Source of the DNA: Vicugna vicugna
Taxonomy: Eukaryota
Assembly (NCBI GenBank): GCA_013265495.1
Contig: MU058221.1
Location: 2,356,001 to 2,420,000 of the forward strand
Direction of reading: 5' to 3'
DNA length: 64,000 bases
The stretch's first letter is position 1; each line of letters opens with the position of its first letter. A model generated the notes under the pieces. That model was not told the origin of the DNA, ran no database searches, and saw only the letters and a list, made by a program, of their open reading frames with translations. This document shows positions 1 to 12,049 of this stretch, in pieces. Both the position numbers and the translations under genes were made by a program.

Positions 1-480
1 GAGCTGGCTGGGAAGTGGCCGTTCCAGCTCCGTTCGGGCTTGGAGGTGACTGCCGCCCCAGCTGACACCTTGACCGTGACCTCACGGGGGCCCTCCAGCC
101 CCAAGCACCCAGTGGAGCTGCTCTCGGGTTCCTCCACCGGAACCATGCAGACAGTAAATGTCTGCTGTGGCTTCTGGTCTGAGCTGCCCGGCAACTTGTT
201 ATGTGACTGTGGGAACCTGATACAGCTGTTCTGATGTGGGGCGGGGGAGAGCCCAGGTGGAAGGAGGGACACGGGAGGGGCGCCCCGGGGGCGCAGCCTT
301 GCCACGCAGCTTGTGGGCTCGGTGCTGCAGGCGGTTTTCTGGAAGAGAGGCAGCGGGATGGAGAGTGCCAGGCGCGCTGAAGTGCCCAGAGCCCCGCGGG
401 GAGCGGCGCTGGGTGACCGGGAGGCTGCGCTTCCCCCTTTGTCATCTCTGCCGTGACCGGAGCGGGGCGCTTTGTGGGAA
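1..480. promoter_or_regulatory. GC/CpG-rich segment, probably the downstream edge of a CpG-island promoter or start of intron 1
   Basis: Dense CpG/GC runs (ggggcgccccgggggcgcagcc, gccccgcggggagcggcgctggg, ggagcggggcgc) that decay into AT-richer sequence after ~500; octamer ATGCAAAT at 483-490. Confidence 0.55.
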
Positions 481-1187
481 ACATGCAAATGCCTTAAAAT
501 GGAGTTGAACTCCCTTCATGTCTCTCTAACTGGAAATATAATTGCGACTCCTTGCGCATTGCTGTGATTTTTTTTAATCCTGTCACCCTTTGTTGGCTCG
601 CTGCTTTTCATCTTACTGTTTATTAAAATAGCCCGAGTCCTCTTTGGTGCCGAAAAGCCCAAGTATGTGATTGGAGGCTACGGCCAAATTACAGCTCAGT
701 TTTATTTGATGCTAAGGTTCTTGACTTAGTTCATGTTTAACTTTTTTTTTTTTTTAACTTTGGAGTTGGGGAGAGGAGGAAAGTGAGTGGCCAGCTGGAA
801 CCCTGGCCTGGGCTCAGGAGTCTAACAGCTGCTGCCAGAGCGTCCCCACGAACATTTCATTTGCTCTTCTGTGCGACTTCGTCCCTGTACCCTTGATTAG
901 TGGCAGGTAGAATGAGCCACGATCCACGGATGAAACACTGTTACGTCTTCCTACTAGGGTGGCTGATGACTTAGCCACAGGCTTGTTTAACCCTTTGGAG
1001 TGTCAGCCGAGCTGATTCTAATTTGCTTTAATTGATTTTGCAGTGAAACTGAGATGGGCCCTCCAGTCCTCCTGACAAGGTGATTTTGCATTTTAAGCCG
1101 AGGCTGCAAACAAAGCCGTTGCTCAGGTGGAAATGCTTCCTGGACGGTTTCCAAAAACACCCTGTGTAAGGGGCTGTGGCTGAGGGG

Positions 1188-1673
1188 TGTGTTAGTTTCC
1201 TGTGCGTCTGTAGCCAGTCACCATGCGTACACTTGGCTGCTTAAAACAACGAAGTGTCTCCTTTCACAGTCCTGAGCTCAGAAGGGCCGAGTCAGTTTCA
1301 CCGTGCTGGTGTAGCAGTGCCCGCGGGCTTGCACGCCCACTAAACGCTCTCATGGAAAAATCTGCTCCTTGCTCCTTGTAGCGCTGGTGTCTGTGGACAC
1401 TCCTTGGCCACATCACTCCAATCTCTGTCCCCACGGTCCCATTGCCTTCTCCTCTTCTGTCCGTTGGTCTCTGTCAAATTTCCCTCTGCCTTCTTCATGA
1501 GGATACATGTGGTTGCATTGTGGGCCCAACCAGACAATCCAGGATGAAGGCTCTGTGTCAAGATCCTTGACTTAATCAAATCTGCAAAGACCCCTTCGCC
1601 AAACAAGGTGACATTTGCAGGTTCCAGGGACTGGGGTCGGATAGCTTTGGGGGCCGTGACTGCACCTTCTACA
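1188..1673 (-). mobile_element. MaLR LTR, MLT1C-like solo LTR
   Basis: Reverse-strand MLT1 motifs: tgttagtttcct...ggctgcttaaaacaac, catcactccaatctctg, caagatccttgacttaatcaaatctgcaaagacccc...aacaaggtgacatttgcaggttccaggga. Confidence 0.85.
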
Positions 1674-3072
1674 AGAAGCCCCATGTTGTTTCATCCCCAG
1701 AGCTTTTCTCTAAGAAAAAAATGTTTTCTTGCTGGTGGTGTAGCCTCTTCGTTAGTGCATCACAGAATGGAGAAATAGCTCCCACCTCCTTTGAAAAACT
1801 CCAGGATGAAACATATCAGATGGAAGGACCGTAGCAAGGAAGGAGGGAGAGGAGGGAGAGGCAGCAAAGAAAGTTTTGCAGAAGCATACCACCCCAAGTC
1901 TGTGCTGTCAGTTGTGGAATCTTGCCCTGTTGAATACCTTCCTAAGTTTTTGCAATATAGAAGGTTCCCCTTTCAAAATTGCCATCTCACACACTGCAAT
2001 CAAGACCATGTCTGTCACCATCGCCCACTGCAAAGTTCTATTCACCCTGGAGTGAATTCCCTGCTCCACTCCCACCATGGGCTGCCTGACGTGGTGTGTG
2101 GACCTGAGATGAAAACCACTTGATGTGTGGTTGGAGCGTAATAGACTTCGCTCGCCCAGACTGATAAGTCATTCCTGGCCCGTGCGTTCAGTAAATCTGA
2201 GCTGGGTCCCGGCTTGCGGGTGGGGTGAGTGGGCGTGAGAGGAGAAGTGGTTCTTTCCTAAAGTGCTGTTCAGCCTCGGACAACATGCTGCTTGGTGAAG
2301 GAACACGGGCAGGGGTGGGGCGATGGCTGTGGAAGTGACTGTGCACTTGGTCACTTGGTCTCAAAGGCAGGAAGTGGTACATGAGATCTCTGATCCAGAG
2401 AGTGCGCGGGGGGTTCCTGGACTGGAGGAGAACTTGCAAATGAAAATGGTGAAGTTAGGCGCCTGAAAATTTTGGGGAGAAGAGAGAGAGAAAGCCGTTC
2501 AGACTCAGACTCAGGAGAAGGGTACTCCGAACGCTTTGGCAAGGGAACCATGTGTGTCGGCGGAGTTTGACCCTTTCCGGGGTCATGCAATGTATCTTAA
2601 ACTGGAGTCTACAGAGAGACACCGAGGGCTTTACCAGTTCTCAATTAGAGAAACTCCGGCTTGAAAGACAGTGCAAAACATTAACCTGCTGTCTTCGTCT
2701 TTTCCTAATCAGACTCCATCTGCCTCTCTGTCTGCTTTTCATTCCTCCCACTGGTTTTCGAATTAAGTTGGGCTACTCAGAGCTCCCCAGCCTCCTCAGA
2801 TTTGTAGCCTCGCACAGATCACATCCCCCCTCTCAGATGCCACCTGCCCCTTCTCCTCTTGCCCTGGGCCTCCCCGACAGCGTGCCCCCTGCCGAGGGTT
2901 CCGGGCTCTGCTTGGCTCCTACCTGGTGCCCGGCCCCTGGACGCTCAGGCTCCTGTGGTCCCTCTTCTGCGATTTCTGTAGCATTTGATAAGTGCCTTCT
3001 TGGGTATCCGGATGCTCTGTATTGCTTATGTTTTTAATTCGTTTTATCTTTTGGACAAGAATGTTTGGCTTT

Positions 3073-3617
3073 TTAAACAATTTTATTTTTTGTGGAGGTG
3101 CAGTTATTTACAATGTTAGTTTCAGGCGTTTGGCAAAGCGATTCAGTTGTGCATGTACACGTATGCATATATATTTTTTCAGATTCTTTTCCATGATAGC
3201 TTATTATAAGGAGTTGAACATAGTTCCCTGTGCTCTGCAGTCGGTGCTTGTTGCTTATCTGTTTTATATATAGTCGTGTGTGTCTGTTAATCCCAAACTC
3301 CCAATTTATCCCTCCCCCGCCTTTCCCCTTTGGTAACCATAGTTTATTTTCTATGTCTATGAGTCTATTTCTGGTTTGTAAATTAAATTAATCTCTTTTT
3401 AGGATGCCACATATAAGTAAGTTATATCATATGATATTTGTCTTTATCTGACTTACTTCACTTAGTATGATAATCTCTGGGTGCATCCATGCTGCTGCAA
3501 GCAGCATTATTTTATCCTTTTTCTATGGCTGAGTAATATTTTATTGTGTGTGTGTATATGTATATATATATACATATATATATATATATCTCATGTCTTC
3601 TTTATCCCTTCATCTGT
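3073..3617 (-). mobile_element. 5'-truncated LINE-1 3' end (artiodactyl-type) with intact target-site duplication
   Basis: L1 3'UTR motifs (atagttccctgtgct, ttaatcccaaactcccaatttatccctcccc, cttacttcacttagtatgataatctct); T-rich tail on the left; exact 17-bp TSD caagaatgtttggcttt at 3056-3072 and 3618-3634. Confidence 0.9.
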
Positions 3618-3636
3618 CAAGAATGTTTGGCTTTGC

Positions 3637-3745
3637 AGGGAGGATACAGCTCAGTAGTAGAGCGCGTGCCTAACATGCACAAGATCCTGGGTTAAAACGA
3701 GATGAATAAATAAACCTAATTACCCCTCTCCGCCCCCCCCCAAAA
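3637..3745 (+). mobile_element. tRNA-Ala-derived SINE (camelid vic-1-like), B-box region partly lost
   Basis: gggaggatacagctcagtagtagagcgcgtgcctaacatgcacaagatcctgggtt followed by the aataaataaacctaattacccctc tail shared with the other copies. Confidence 0.85.
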
Positions 3746-5815
3746 CAGTGTTTGACCTTAAGATTGTGTGTCTTTCTCCTGTCTTCAAAAACCAGAAAGC
3801 TTATTGTAAATAGGTAAAAAGATCCCCATTTCTCTCTTTCAAAGTTGGCAAAACCAACCACTCAGTGATGCTGCTGAGAACACGCCCTTCTGCCTGCCGT
3901 TCTGACCCTCAGGCCCAGTGCCGGCCTGACCGCTCCCAGCCTGAGCTGCCTGTGAGCAGCGAGTTGCTGCGGGTGAGGCGGGGGGAGAAGAGACAGTGGA
4001 CAGAGGGAAATGAGAGAGCAGGGAGGGTGACGGGCCAGCGAGCAACCTGGGGTGGAAGGGTTTCTGCGAAACCCTTGCAAGAACAGCAGCGCCTGGCGTT
4101 CAAGTGCGTGTTGTCGCAGAGCACCCTCCAGCCCAGCATCGACCTCTGGTCAAGTCTGTTTCACGTATGGTTGTCTGAGTGCATTTGTCCGTGGAAGATG
4201 AAGGGAAGAGACTGATCTTCGTATTTAAATTGATTAAACTGCGGTGATGACTGCGAGGCTCCCTACAAAGGAAGGTGAAAATGAAACAGGAAGCACTGAC
4301 AATATTTGGAGAAATGTGGGCTGGTGATGAGTTTGCAGCCGATCTTCTCTGGGTCTCATGGAAATAGGAGACGTCAGGTGGCTGTAAGGGGATCCAAGGG
4401 ACTTGGGGGGCCAAGCAAAGGACAGAGGTATGGCCACAAGGTGGCAGTAGCACACACTCACGCTGTATTGGGCACTTGGAGGGCGGCTTGGCCTAGGGAG
4501 TTCTCTTAGCAAGATTCCTGGGCAGCAACTCAGAAGGGGAGGAGGGCAGGGAGACTCCTGAGGACACAGGGGTCAGGAGGGAGCTTACCAGCTGGGTGAT
4601 GCGCTCAGCAGCCTGGGGGAGGCCCTGGGTCGGTCAGAAAGCTCCGATGGGCAGCAGTGGCTTGGGGTCTGCGATGCTGGGCTTACCTGTGGCTACAGAG
4701 GTTGGGCGCAGCTGCATGGAAAACGCAAAGCAGGCTGGCTCAGAATGGCTGAAAATCTGCTTGTTTGGGCTACAATGAACATAATTTCATGTGTAAAAAT
4801 TCCACTTTGGTGCCAGTGGGCTTTCGAGCTAATGCATCTCAGCTACGGGGAAGAAACCACAACTGAGGGACCGAGCTGCGGAGGCCGTCTCGGGTTCATT
4901 CGTGTGACAGACATCTCTCGCACACACAGACACACGCGCACACATGCGCGCACATTTTCTTCCGGGGCCGGAGTCATACCATACACGGCGTTCTGTAGCT
5001 TTCACAGTAATCTCTTAAGTATTTTTCCATGTCAGTAAAAATTCTTCTAAAACATTGTTTTTAGTGGCTGCATGTTGTTTCATCATGAGCTTTTTCTATG
5101 ACTGACCAATCCCTTGTTTCTAATATTTTCCTACAAGCAGCATAATGTCTCTGATGTTGGCCTACAGATACACAGTGATGGAGTGCAGACAGTTTTGCCT
5201 TCAAATCGGTTGTTGATTCTTAACTCTGCTGAGCCGATGGTTGAGCTGGGGAATCATCCAGTGATTTGGAAAGTAATATTGGGAAAAGATTTTATTCAGA
5301 TTTCAAAATGTGTACTTATGCATTTATTTATTTAACAGTATGATTAATGGCCTAAGCTTGCAAAGATACGTTTTAATCAAAAGGCAACTGTAAGTGTATT
5401 ACACAGAAAGCACATTCCGTCTATCGGGCTCCTGAAAAATCCTAGCTTTAATGACCGGACCTCATCTGGTTAACGTGTCACCAACTGTGTCAAATCGTCG
5501 TGACAGAAAACGCTAAAAGAGATAGTAACCTGTTTAGGAATGGCATTTCCCCATTTTCAATGAGGAAAGTAAAATGCTATCCAAAATCTTGACATTCGCT
5601 TGCAAAGAGTGCCTGAGCCAGAGAAGGCGGTGGGATGAGACCTGCCTTCCTCGCTGTGTGTCTGTGTGCTGGGGCGGAGGGGAGGGCGCAGATGTGCTGT
5701 GAGGACACAACCACATCCAGCAGCCTGGCTGCTGCGCGTCTGAGGCAACCGCAGTGTTGAGTAGACATTCTTAGGGTTCCCACTCTGTGACCATTTATGT
5801 CACAGACGCTGCTTG

Positions 5816-5973
5816 GGGAGGAGGACATAGCTCAGTGGTAGAGTGCGTGCCTAGCATGCACGAGGTCCTGGGTTCAATCCCCAGTCCCTCCACTAAAGAT
5901 AGATAACTAGATAGATAAACAAAAACAAACAAACATACCTCACCCCCAACCAGAAAAAAAAAATGGACTAAAG
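5816..5973 (+). mobile_element. tRNA-Ala-derived SINE (vic-1-like)
   Basis: A box tagctcagtggtagag, B box gggttcaatccc, A-rich tail; TSD acagacgctgcttg (5802-5815) / acagatgctgcttg (5974-5987). Confidence 0.9.
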
Positions 5974-6109
5974 ACAGATGCTGCTTGAATCTAATGGGAA
6001 AAAAGGAGGGAAAAAAATGAGGTTTATGGACTAGTCGATGGCAAGCAATTTGCAAGAAACATTTCTCTATACAATTTATTTTCCGAATCACTTTGTAAAT
6101 TTTAGTTTC

Positions 6110-7160
6110 TAATTTTAATTTAATTTTTATTGACGTAGAGTTTCCTTACCAGATTGTGTTAGTTTTAGGTGTCCAGCAGAGTGATTCAGTATTTTTGCAG
6201 ATTATATTTCATTATCGGATATTACAAGGCGATGGTTGTAATTCCCTGTGCTGTACGGCGCATCCTTGTTGCTTATCTATTTTATGTATAGCAGTTTGTG
6301 TCTGGTAACTCCGTGCCCCGATGTATCCCTCTCCCGCTTTGGTAACCGTGAGTTTATATTCTGTGTCTGTGAGCCGGTGCTCTGTATGCACATTCATTGG
6401 TATTACTTTTTAGATTCCGCATGTGACATCATACGGTATCTGTCTTTCTCTGCCTGACTTACTTCACCCAGCATAACGTTCTCCAGGTCCATCCACGTTG
6501 CTGCCAGTCGCAGTGTCTCATTCCTTTCATGGCTGAGCGATACTCCATTGTGTGTGTAGGTATAGCCACCGCACCGTCTTACTGCAGCCTTCTGTTAACG
6601 GGCCCTTGGGCTGCTTCCGCGTCTTGGCTGTTGTAAATAGGGCTGCTGTGAACATTGGGGTGCATGTGTCTTTTTGAATTAGAGTTTTCGTCTTTTCCGA
6701 ACGTGCTGAATGTGCCCAGGAGTGGGACTGCCGGATCACGTGGTAGCTCTGTGTTAGTTTTTAAAGGAAGCTTCGTGTTGTCCTCTACAGTGGCCGCACC
6801 AGCTTACGTCCCCACCAGCAGTGCATGAGGGCTCCCTTTTCTCCATGTCCTGTGCAACATTTGTTATTTGTAGACTTTATGAAGATAGCCTTTCTGACAA
6901 GTGTGAGGTGATACCTCACTGTAGATTTGTGTTTCTCTAGTAATTAGCTGTGTTGCACACCTTTTCGTGTGCCTGTTAGCTGTCTGCATGTCATTGGGAA
7001 AATGCCTATTCAAGTCTTCTGCCCATTTTTTTGATTGGATTTTTTTGATATTGAGATGTCTGAGCTGTTTGTATAGTTTGGATATTAACCCCTTGTTGCT
7101 CACATCATTTGCAATTATTTTTCTCCCATTCCGGAGTTTGCCTTTCGCTGTGTTGATGGA
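6110..7160 (-). mobile_element. LINE-1 3' portion (ORF2 C-terminus plus 3'UTR), decayed
   Basis: ORF-track peptides IQKDTCTPMFTAALFTTAKTRKQPK (6527-6739) and KIIANDVSNKGLISKLYKQL...KKWAEDLNRHF (6864-7175) match the L1 ORF2 C-terminus; T-rich tail at ~6110-6130. Confidence 0.9.
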
Positions 7161-7714
7161 ATCTCCAGATTCCACCTTGCAGATTGTGTGTCTCCAGTGT
7201 TCAGATTAGGATGCTGATCTCACAGATATTTCCCTGGATCTTGCAGACCCCCGCCTGAACCACACTTAAACCCAGATCTGAAGCCCTGCAAAATCTGTGC
7301 TATTTCTATCAGATTGTACAGAGTTTCGATATCTGGGAGAGTCCATTAAAACTGCTGTGTAGACAGACAACATTTGCCCTTAATTCTCTTCCACTGCCCT
7401 ATCCATGTCCCTTTTCTCACAGTTTCATCCCTCCTTTTGGCTTTGCACTTCCAGAAGTTCCTGAGATAGGTCTGTGGACATAACTCAACTGTCCTCCATT
7501 TCCTGTGCCACAACACCTGTGCTCCTGTCCCTAAACTGCCCACCTGGAACCATCCAAGAGATTAACCAGTGTTAATGACAAGATTTACTGTGGCTATAAT
7601 CATCCTCACACTTTTTCCACCAAATAACTAATTTCTAATAGTAGACGACTCGACGCTTTGCAGGTTGCTGGGGCAGGGTGGCTTCTGGCATCTCAGCTCA
7701 GAGCACAGCAGTCA

Positions 7715-7940
7715 AAGGCCAGGGTTTTGGACTCTGGCTGATTGAATTCTGATTTTGACGTCTCAACTTACTGTTTTACTTGCGGCAGTTCACTCTCTGT
7801 GTCTCATTTTCCTCTATTGCGAAATGAAGGTGATAACATTATCTACCTCCTAGGGCTGCATAAGGATTACATGACATACAGCATGTTAACTTGCCCAGCA
7901 AAGTGTATGTGGCACATAACTCGCAAAAAATAACTGCTAT
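7715..7940 (+). mobile_element. MIR SINE
   Basis: MIR core: ctctctgtgtctcattttcctc...aaatgaaggtgataacattatctacctcctagggctg...ggcacataa. Confidence 0.7.
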
Positions 7941-8619
7941 GAAAATAATATGTATAAATTAGTTATTTTCTGCTGATGCCGGTGCATTTGGCCAACACTC
8001 AACATACTTCACTGACTGTGCCGTGTTTGCCCATCACCAGTTACACGTGAGGCCAGAGACACGTGGGGACAGGGGCAGTAGGCAGTTTAAGGACTTGGCT
8101 TTCCATTAGCAGATGACTCACTTAGGGACAATAAGAAAGAGAGGATTTTCTCTGTTTCCTTACTATCTATGGTTCCCCAGTAAGAAATTAGCAAGCCGTC
8201 ATTTAAAACAGCCTCAATGCAACAAAGCGTTCCCCACCCTTACCAAGGAAGTCAGTAAGTGGTTGTTGAGGACCCTTCCTTGCTCAGCCCTGGACCAGTC
8301 TTGGGCTGGAGGCGGGCTTCCAGGAGTGCGTGGGTTCCCTGCCCCTCAGCTTCTCTATGGACTTCCCAGCTTTAAACTGAGTTTCAGCCCACACCTTTAT
8401 TTTTTTTCTCAGTCGTGGTCCCTGTAGACTTGACCACCTGTGCCTCACTTTGCCTCTCCCATTCATTACTTCTGACTTGGGTCCTGTCCATCCTGGCATC
8501 CTGCTAGACGGTACAAGAGCCGTACAGCCAACTAAACAGCCCCTCTGTACGGCACGTGTGCAGCTCCCATAGGCAGCAGAACACACAGCAAGGAAACACA
8601 GAGAGGCCAGAAAGGTAAA

Positions 8620-9600
8620 TAAAAGATGCTTGAAAAAGTTAGAGACCCACTGCAGTGCCTAAAATTACAAAGCTTGATAATGCCAAGCGCTGGAGAGGAT
8701 ATGGAAGCCTTGCAGGACATTTGGTCCTGTCCCAAACATCCGTAGGACATTTGGTCCACGAGACATTTGCTCTGCGCAGAAACCATTCGGCGTGGGCCAA
8801 GTGTGCTCATGGATGTTTTGGGTAGGACCAAATTTCAAGGACCTTCTGGCGTGGACCGCATGTCTTACGGACGTTTGGGACAGGACTCATGTCTGCTAAC
8901 ATACAGAACGAATATGACGCTCACATGTTTCTTCAAGGAATGTGGAATCATACAAGCACCTTAGGAAACACTTTGGCGGTTTCTTTGTTAAACATGCACC
9001 TACCGTACAAGCTAGCCAAGGTATTTCTTGAACACTACTCAAGTAAAACGAAACTGTATCTATACAAAGACTTATACGCTAATTTTCATAGCACCTTGAC
9101 TCATAATAGCTCCAAGCTGGAAACAACCCATATGTCTATGAACAAGGGCTAATGGTTAAACACATGACAATATATTTGCCAGATGGAATATTACTCAGCA
9201 ATAAAAAAAACTGATACACATAACAAAACAGGTGAATCTCAATATTTTGCTGAGCTCAACAAGACGGCCTTAAAAGAAGGCTTACTGTATGATTTTATGT
9301 ATAGAAAATAGAAAACATCCAAACTGATACCGGGTGACAGAGCGTAAGTGAGTGATTGCCTGGCAGCTGGGAATGAGAAGAGCGTTGACTGAGACGAGGC
9401 ACAAGGGACCCCTTTGGGGTGATGGAAACGTTCTGTATCCTGATTGCAGGGAGTTATAAAGGTGTGCACATTTTTCAGAACTTTCTGAATGTGCATTTAA
9501 AATGAGTACAGTATATAATTCGCTTAGCATGGTATATGTTTCACGTTATATAGTATGTAAAGTACACATTTCTAAAGTATGTAAAATGATTTAGAAAAGT
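8620..9600 (+). mobile_element. Old LINE-1 (L1ME-like) 3' end, interrupted by a foldback element
   Basis: gataatgccaagcgctggagaggatatgga ... ggaaacactttggcggtttct...gttaaacatgcacctacc, ctggaaacaacccatatgtc, atggaatattactcagcaataaaaa, ggggtgatggaaacgttctgtatc. Confidence 0.8.
8710..8899. repeat. Foldback / MITE-like inverted repeat with internal sub-repeats
   Basis: The reverse complement of 8715-8760 matches 8850-8894 at 38/46 positions (counted by hand); a third diverged unit lies at 8789-8833; aggacatttggtcc is repeated at 8714 and 8744. Confidence 0.85.
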
Positions 9601-9699
9601 GAAAGGGAGAGATTTCAATTGTCACACAGCAAAGCTGTCCAGGGACATAACTGCATTGCTGATGAATCTATTTAATGTTTGCTGGGCACGTTTACTCCT

Positions 9700-9985
9700 T
9701 CACTCTATCAGTTATTTATCTGACCGTTCATCAAGCGCTGATTGCATGCCAGGTCAAGCGTTGAGTACGTGGCCCACGGAGATCAAAGGCGACTTTGTAA
9801 CCACAACACATCTGCAGTTTTGACAACCAGACCAACGTGAAAATGATTGCCATAGAGGAGTGCAACTGGGAGGGTCAGTGAAAGTTCCTGGCATGAGGTG
9901 ATGTCTGATCTGAGTCCTGGGAAGGGAAGGGGGTGCAGATGCTCCAGGCAGAGGGAATAGCATTTGCAAAGCCGTGGCAGGGGTG
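9700..9985 (-). mobile_element. LINE-2 3' fragment
   Basis: gcatgccagg, ggagggtcagtgaaagttcc...gaggtgatgtctgatctgagtcct, ccaggcagagggaatagcatttgcaaag. Confidence 0.65.
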
Positions 9986-10172
9986 CCTCCTCGGTCTGAC
10001 GTGAAGGATGTAGACATGTGAGTGCGACCAGCGAGGAGCAGGGAAGAGGGCGTGGACCCCGTGGTGAAGGACTTCGGGTCTTTGTCCATTTTCTGTTTCA
10101 TGTAAATGAAGGACTTGAAGCAGAAGAATGGCCTGCCTTCATCATGCCGTGCGCCAGCCACGCTCGCCTCAC

Positions 10173-10843
10173 TGTGGTGCCCCGATCGAGGGGGTCGAGG
10201 ATCAGCAGATGGGCCGGCTGGGGAATCGCGGGAGCAATCTGGCCAGGGTGGGGTTGCTGGAGAGTGGGTTCTGGCCTCGTGCAGGGAAGGATTCAAGAGC
10301 CAGGCACAGTCAAGTGAAAGCAGGTTTATTTAGGGAGATGGACACTCCATCGTCAGAGTGGGGTCCATCTCACCCAGAAGGGAAAGCGAGTTAGCGGATA
10401 CACACTCCGTAGGCAGAATGCAGGCCGTCTTACGAGGCGAGAGGGAGAGAGACCAAGAGGTGTGGGCGTGTTTAGTCTAAAGTAAAAGCAGTGAACCCTC
10501 CACAGGCACAGTGTGGCCGTCTCAGAAGACAAGAGCGAGCGACCGCGAGGTGTGGGGTGTCGGTTTTCACAGGCTCAGTCATCTCATAGTCTAATGAGCA
10601 GGAGGGTTATTCCAACTACTCTGAGGAAGGGGTGGGGGATTGCCAGGCATGGGGTCCCCCAGTCCACGTTTTGACCTTTAATGGTCAGTCTAGGATCTGT
10701 CATGGCGCCTGTGCGTGTCCCATGAGGCTCAAGGTCTCCTGGAAGTCGAGTCTTCCTCCATCTTGGTTCTAGCCAGCCTGTCCTGTCCTCAGTGGCCGTG
10801 TCCTTCCTTCAGTGGCTGTGCCCTGCGCCCCACTCCTGTCTCA
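10173..10843 (-). mobile_element. ERV1-class solo LTR (MER4/LTR8-group-like)
   Basis: gagagtgggttctggcctcgtgcagggaaggattcaagagc...aagtgaaagcaggtttatt (polyA signal on the - strand) and a terminal cctgtctca (= TGAGACAGG start); the left boundary is uncertain. Confidence 0.75.
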
Positions 10844-12049
10844 GCGGTAAGAATAAGAGGGTGGGCCTGACCCCCTCCAGCTCTCCATAATATCTTAACA
10901 AACGGCTTCCAGTTCCTTTGGGTTTTGCCAGTCAAAAGGTGTTGCCTTTTGATTTTGTTTTGGTTTTGTTTCTAGTGTGTGTTTATTTTGGCCAAGGGCC
11001 CTTGGTGCTCCCCCTTCCCCCGGACGCTTTGTGAATCACGTCCTATCCTGAGGCGTCTCCGTTCCCTTTTATCTTTTCTTAAACACAAACTAGGGGGAGG
11101 CCATGGTTTCCTTTGAGGTCTTGTAGGAAATATGAGTCCTGTTTGATTTTGCCTCTGAAAGGGCCACTGCCACTGGGTGATTTCCCCACTGACGTGCTGA
11201 AACTAAGGCTCCGTGTCTGCCTCAGAAGGGCATTTGCAACAGAAGGGATGCCTGCCCTCCAACTGACTTGTATTTACTGGGTGTCTGTGTCCCCGACTCT
11301 GGTGGGTCTGCCGACTGGCTTGCTGGGGGACCCAGCACCTCGCCCCAGCCCACCGTGCTCCTCACTGCAGGAATGTTACCCTCTGGCACAAATGTGGAGA
11401 TACTCGGAAATAGAGAAGGTGGTCTCTCCCCTCACCTGGCATACAGTTTTGACGGGAAGAAAAGTGGCAATCAAGGTGAGGCAAAATGGGAAAGGCAGTA
11501 AAGACGAGGGAGGGGGAGGGGGGTGGAGGATTAAAAGCGAGGGAGGGTGCTCCCCCAGGAGCAGGGAGCACACTGGTGTTGGCTGTTTCATGCAGAGAAA
11601 AGTTCCCCCGGATGTCATGTGACCCCTTCCTGGGGGCCAGACACGCTGTGATGTGCTGGCAGTACTGGTGGGAGGAGAGCAGGCCCTGCCCCCAGGGTCT
11701 CCGGCAGGCAGGTCAGTCTGTGAAGCGGGGTCGTCCTTTCCATGTGTTATTACTGCTTCCTTCCTTCATCTTTGGAAAGACCCCTCCGCTCCGTGGAATC
11801 AGAGTTTGATTATGACAGTGACTTTCGGAAGAGTCCCACCTGTCATGGGCCTTTCTCCCTCGTCCAGGTGAGCCTGGGGGTTCAGGTGCAGGGACCTGTT
11901 CACCTGTGCTTCCAGGCCCCGTCTCCAGTGTGCTGAGCACAGAGACGCCGTGAAAGGTGCTGAAACAAATCGATCTTAAATTTTACCTGGAGAGGCTAAA
12001 TAAATAAATACATAAAATAAAATTATTAAAGTAACCTTTGAAAAGGAAA

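Noticed and set aside
4056..4076. 9-bp hairpin aagggtttc-tgc-gaaaccctt
   Set aside because: Too short to distinguish from chance.
5816..5890. tRNA-Ala genes (also at 25015, 36378, 44092 and elsewhere)
   Set aside because: They have degenerate stems, shared non-tRNA A-rich tails and TSDs, so they are SINEs and not functional tRNAs.
8710..8899. CRISPR-like repeat-spacer array
   Set aside because: The context is mammalian, there are only a few units in mixed orientation, the intervening sequences are themselves repeated, and there are no cas-like ORFs.
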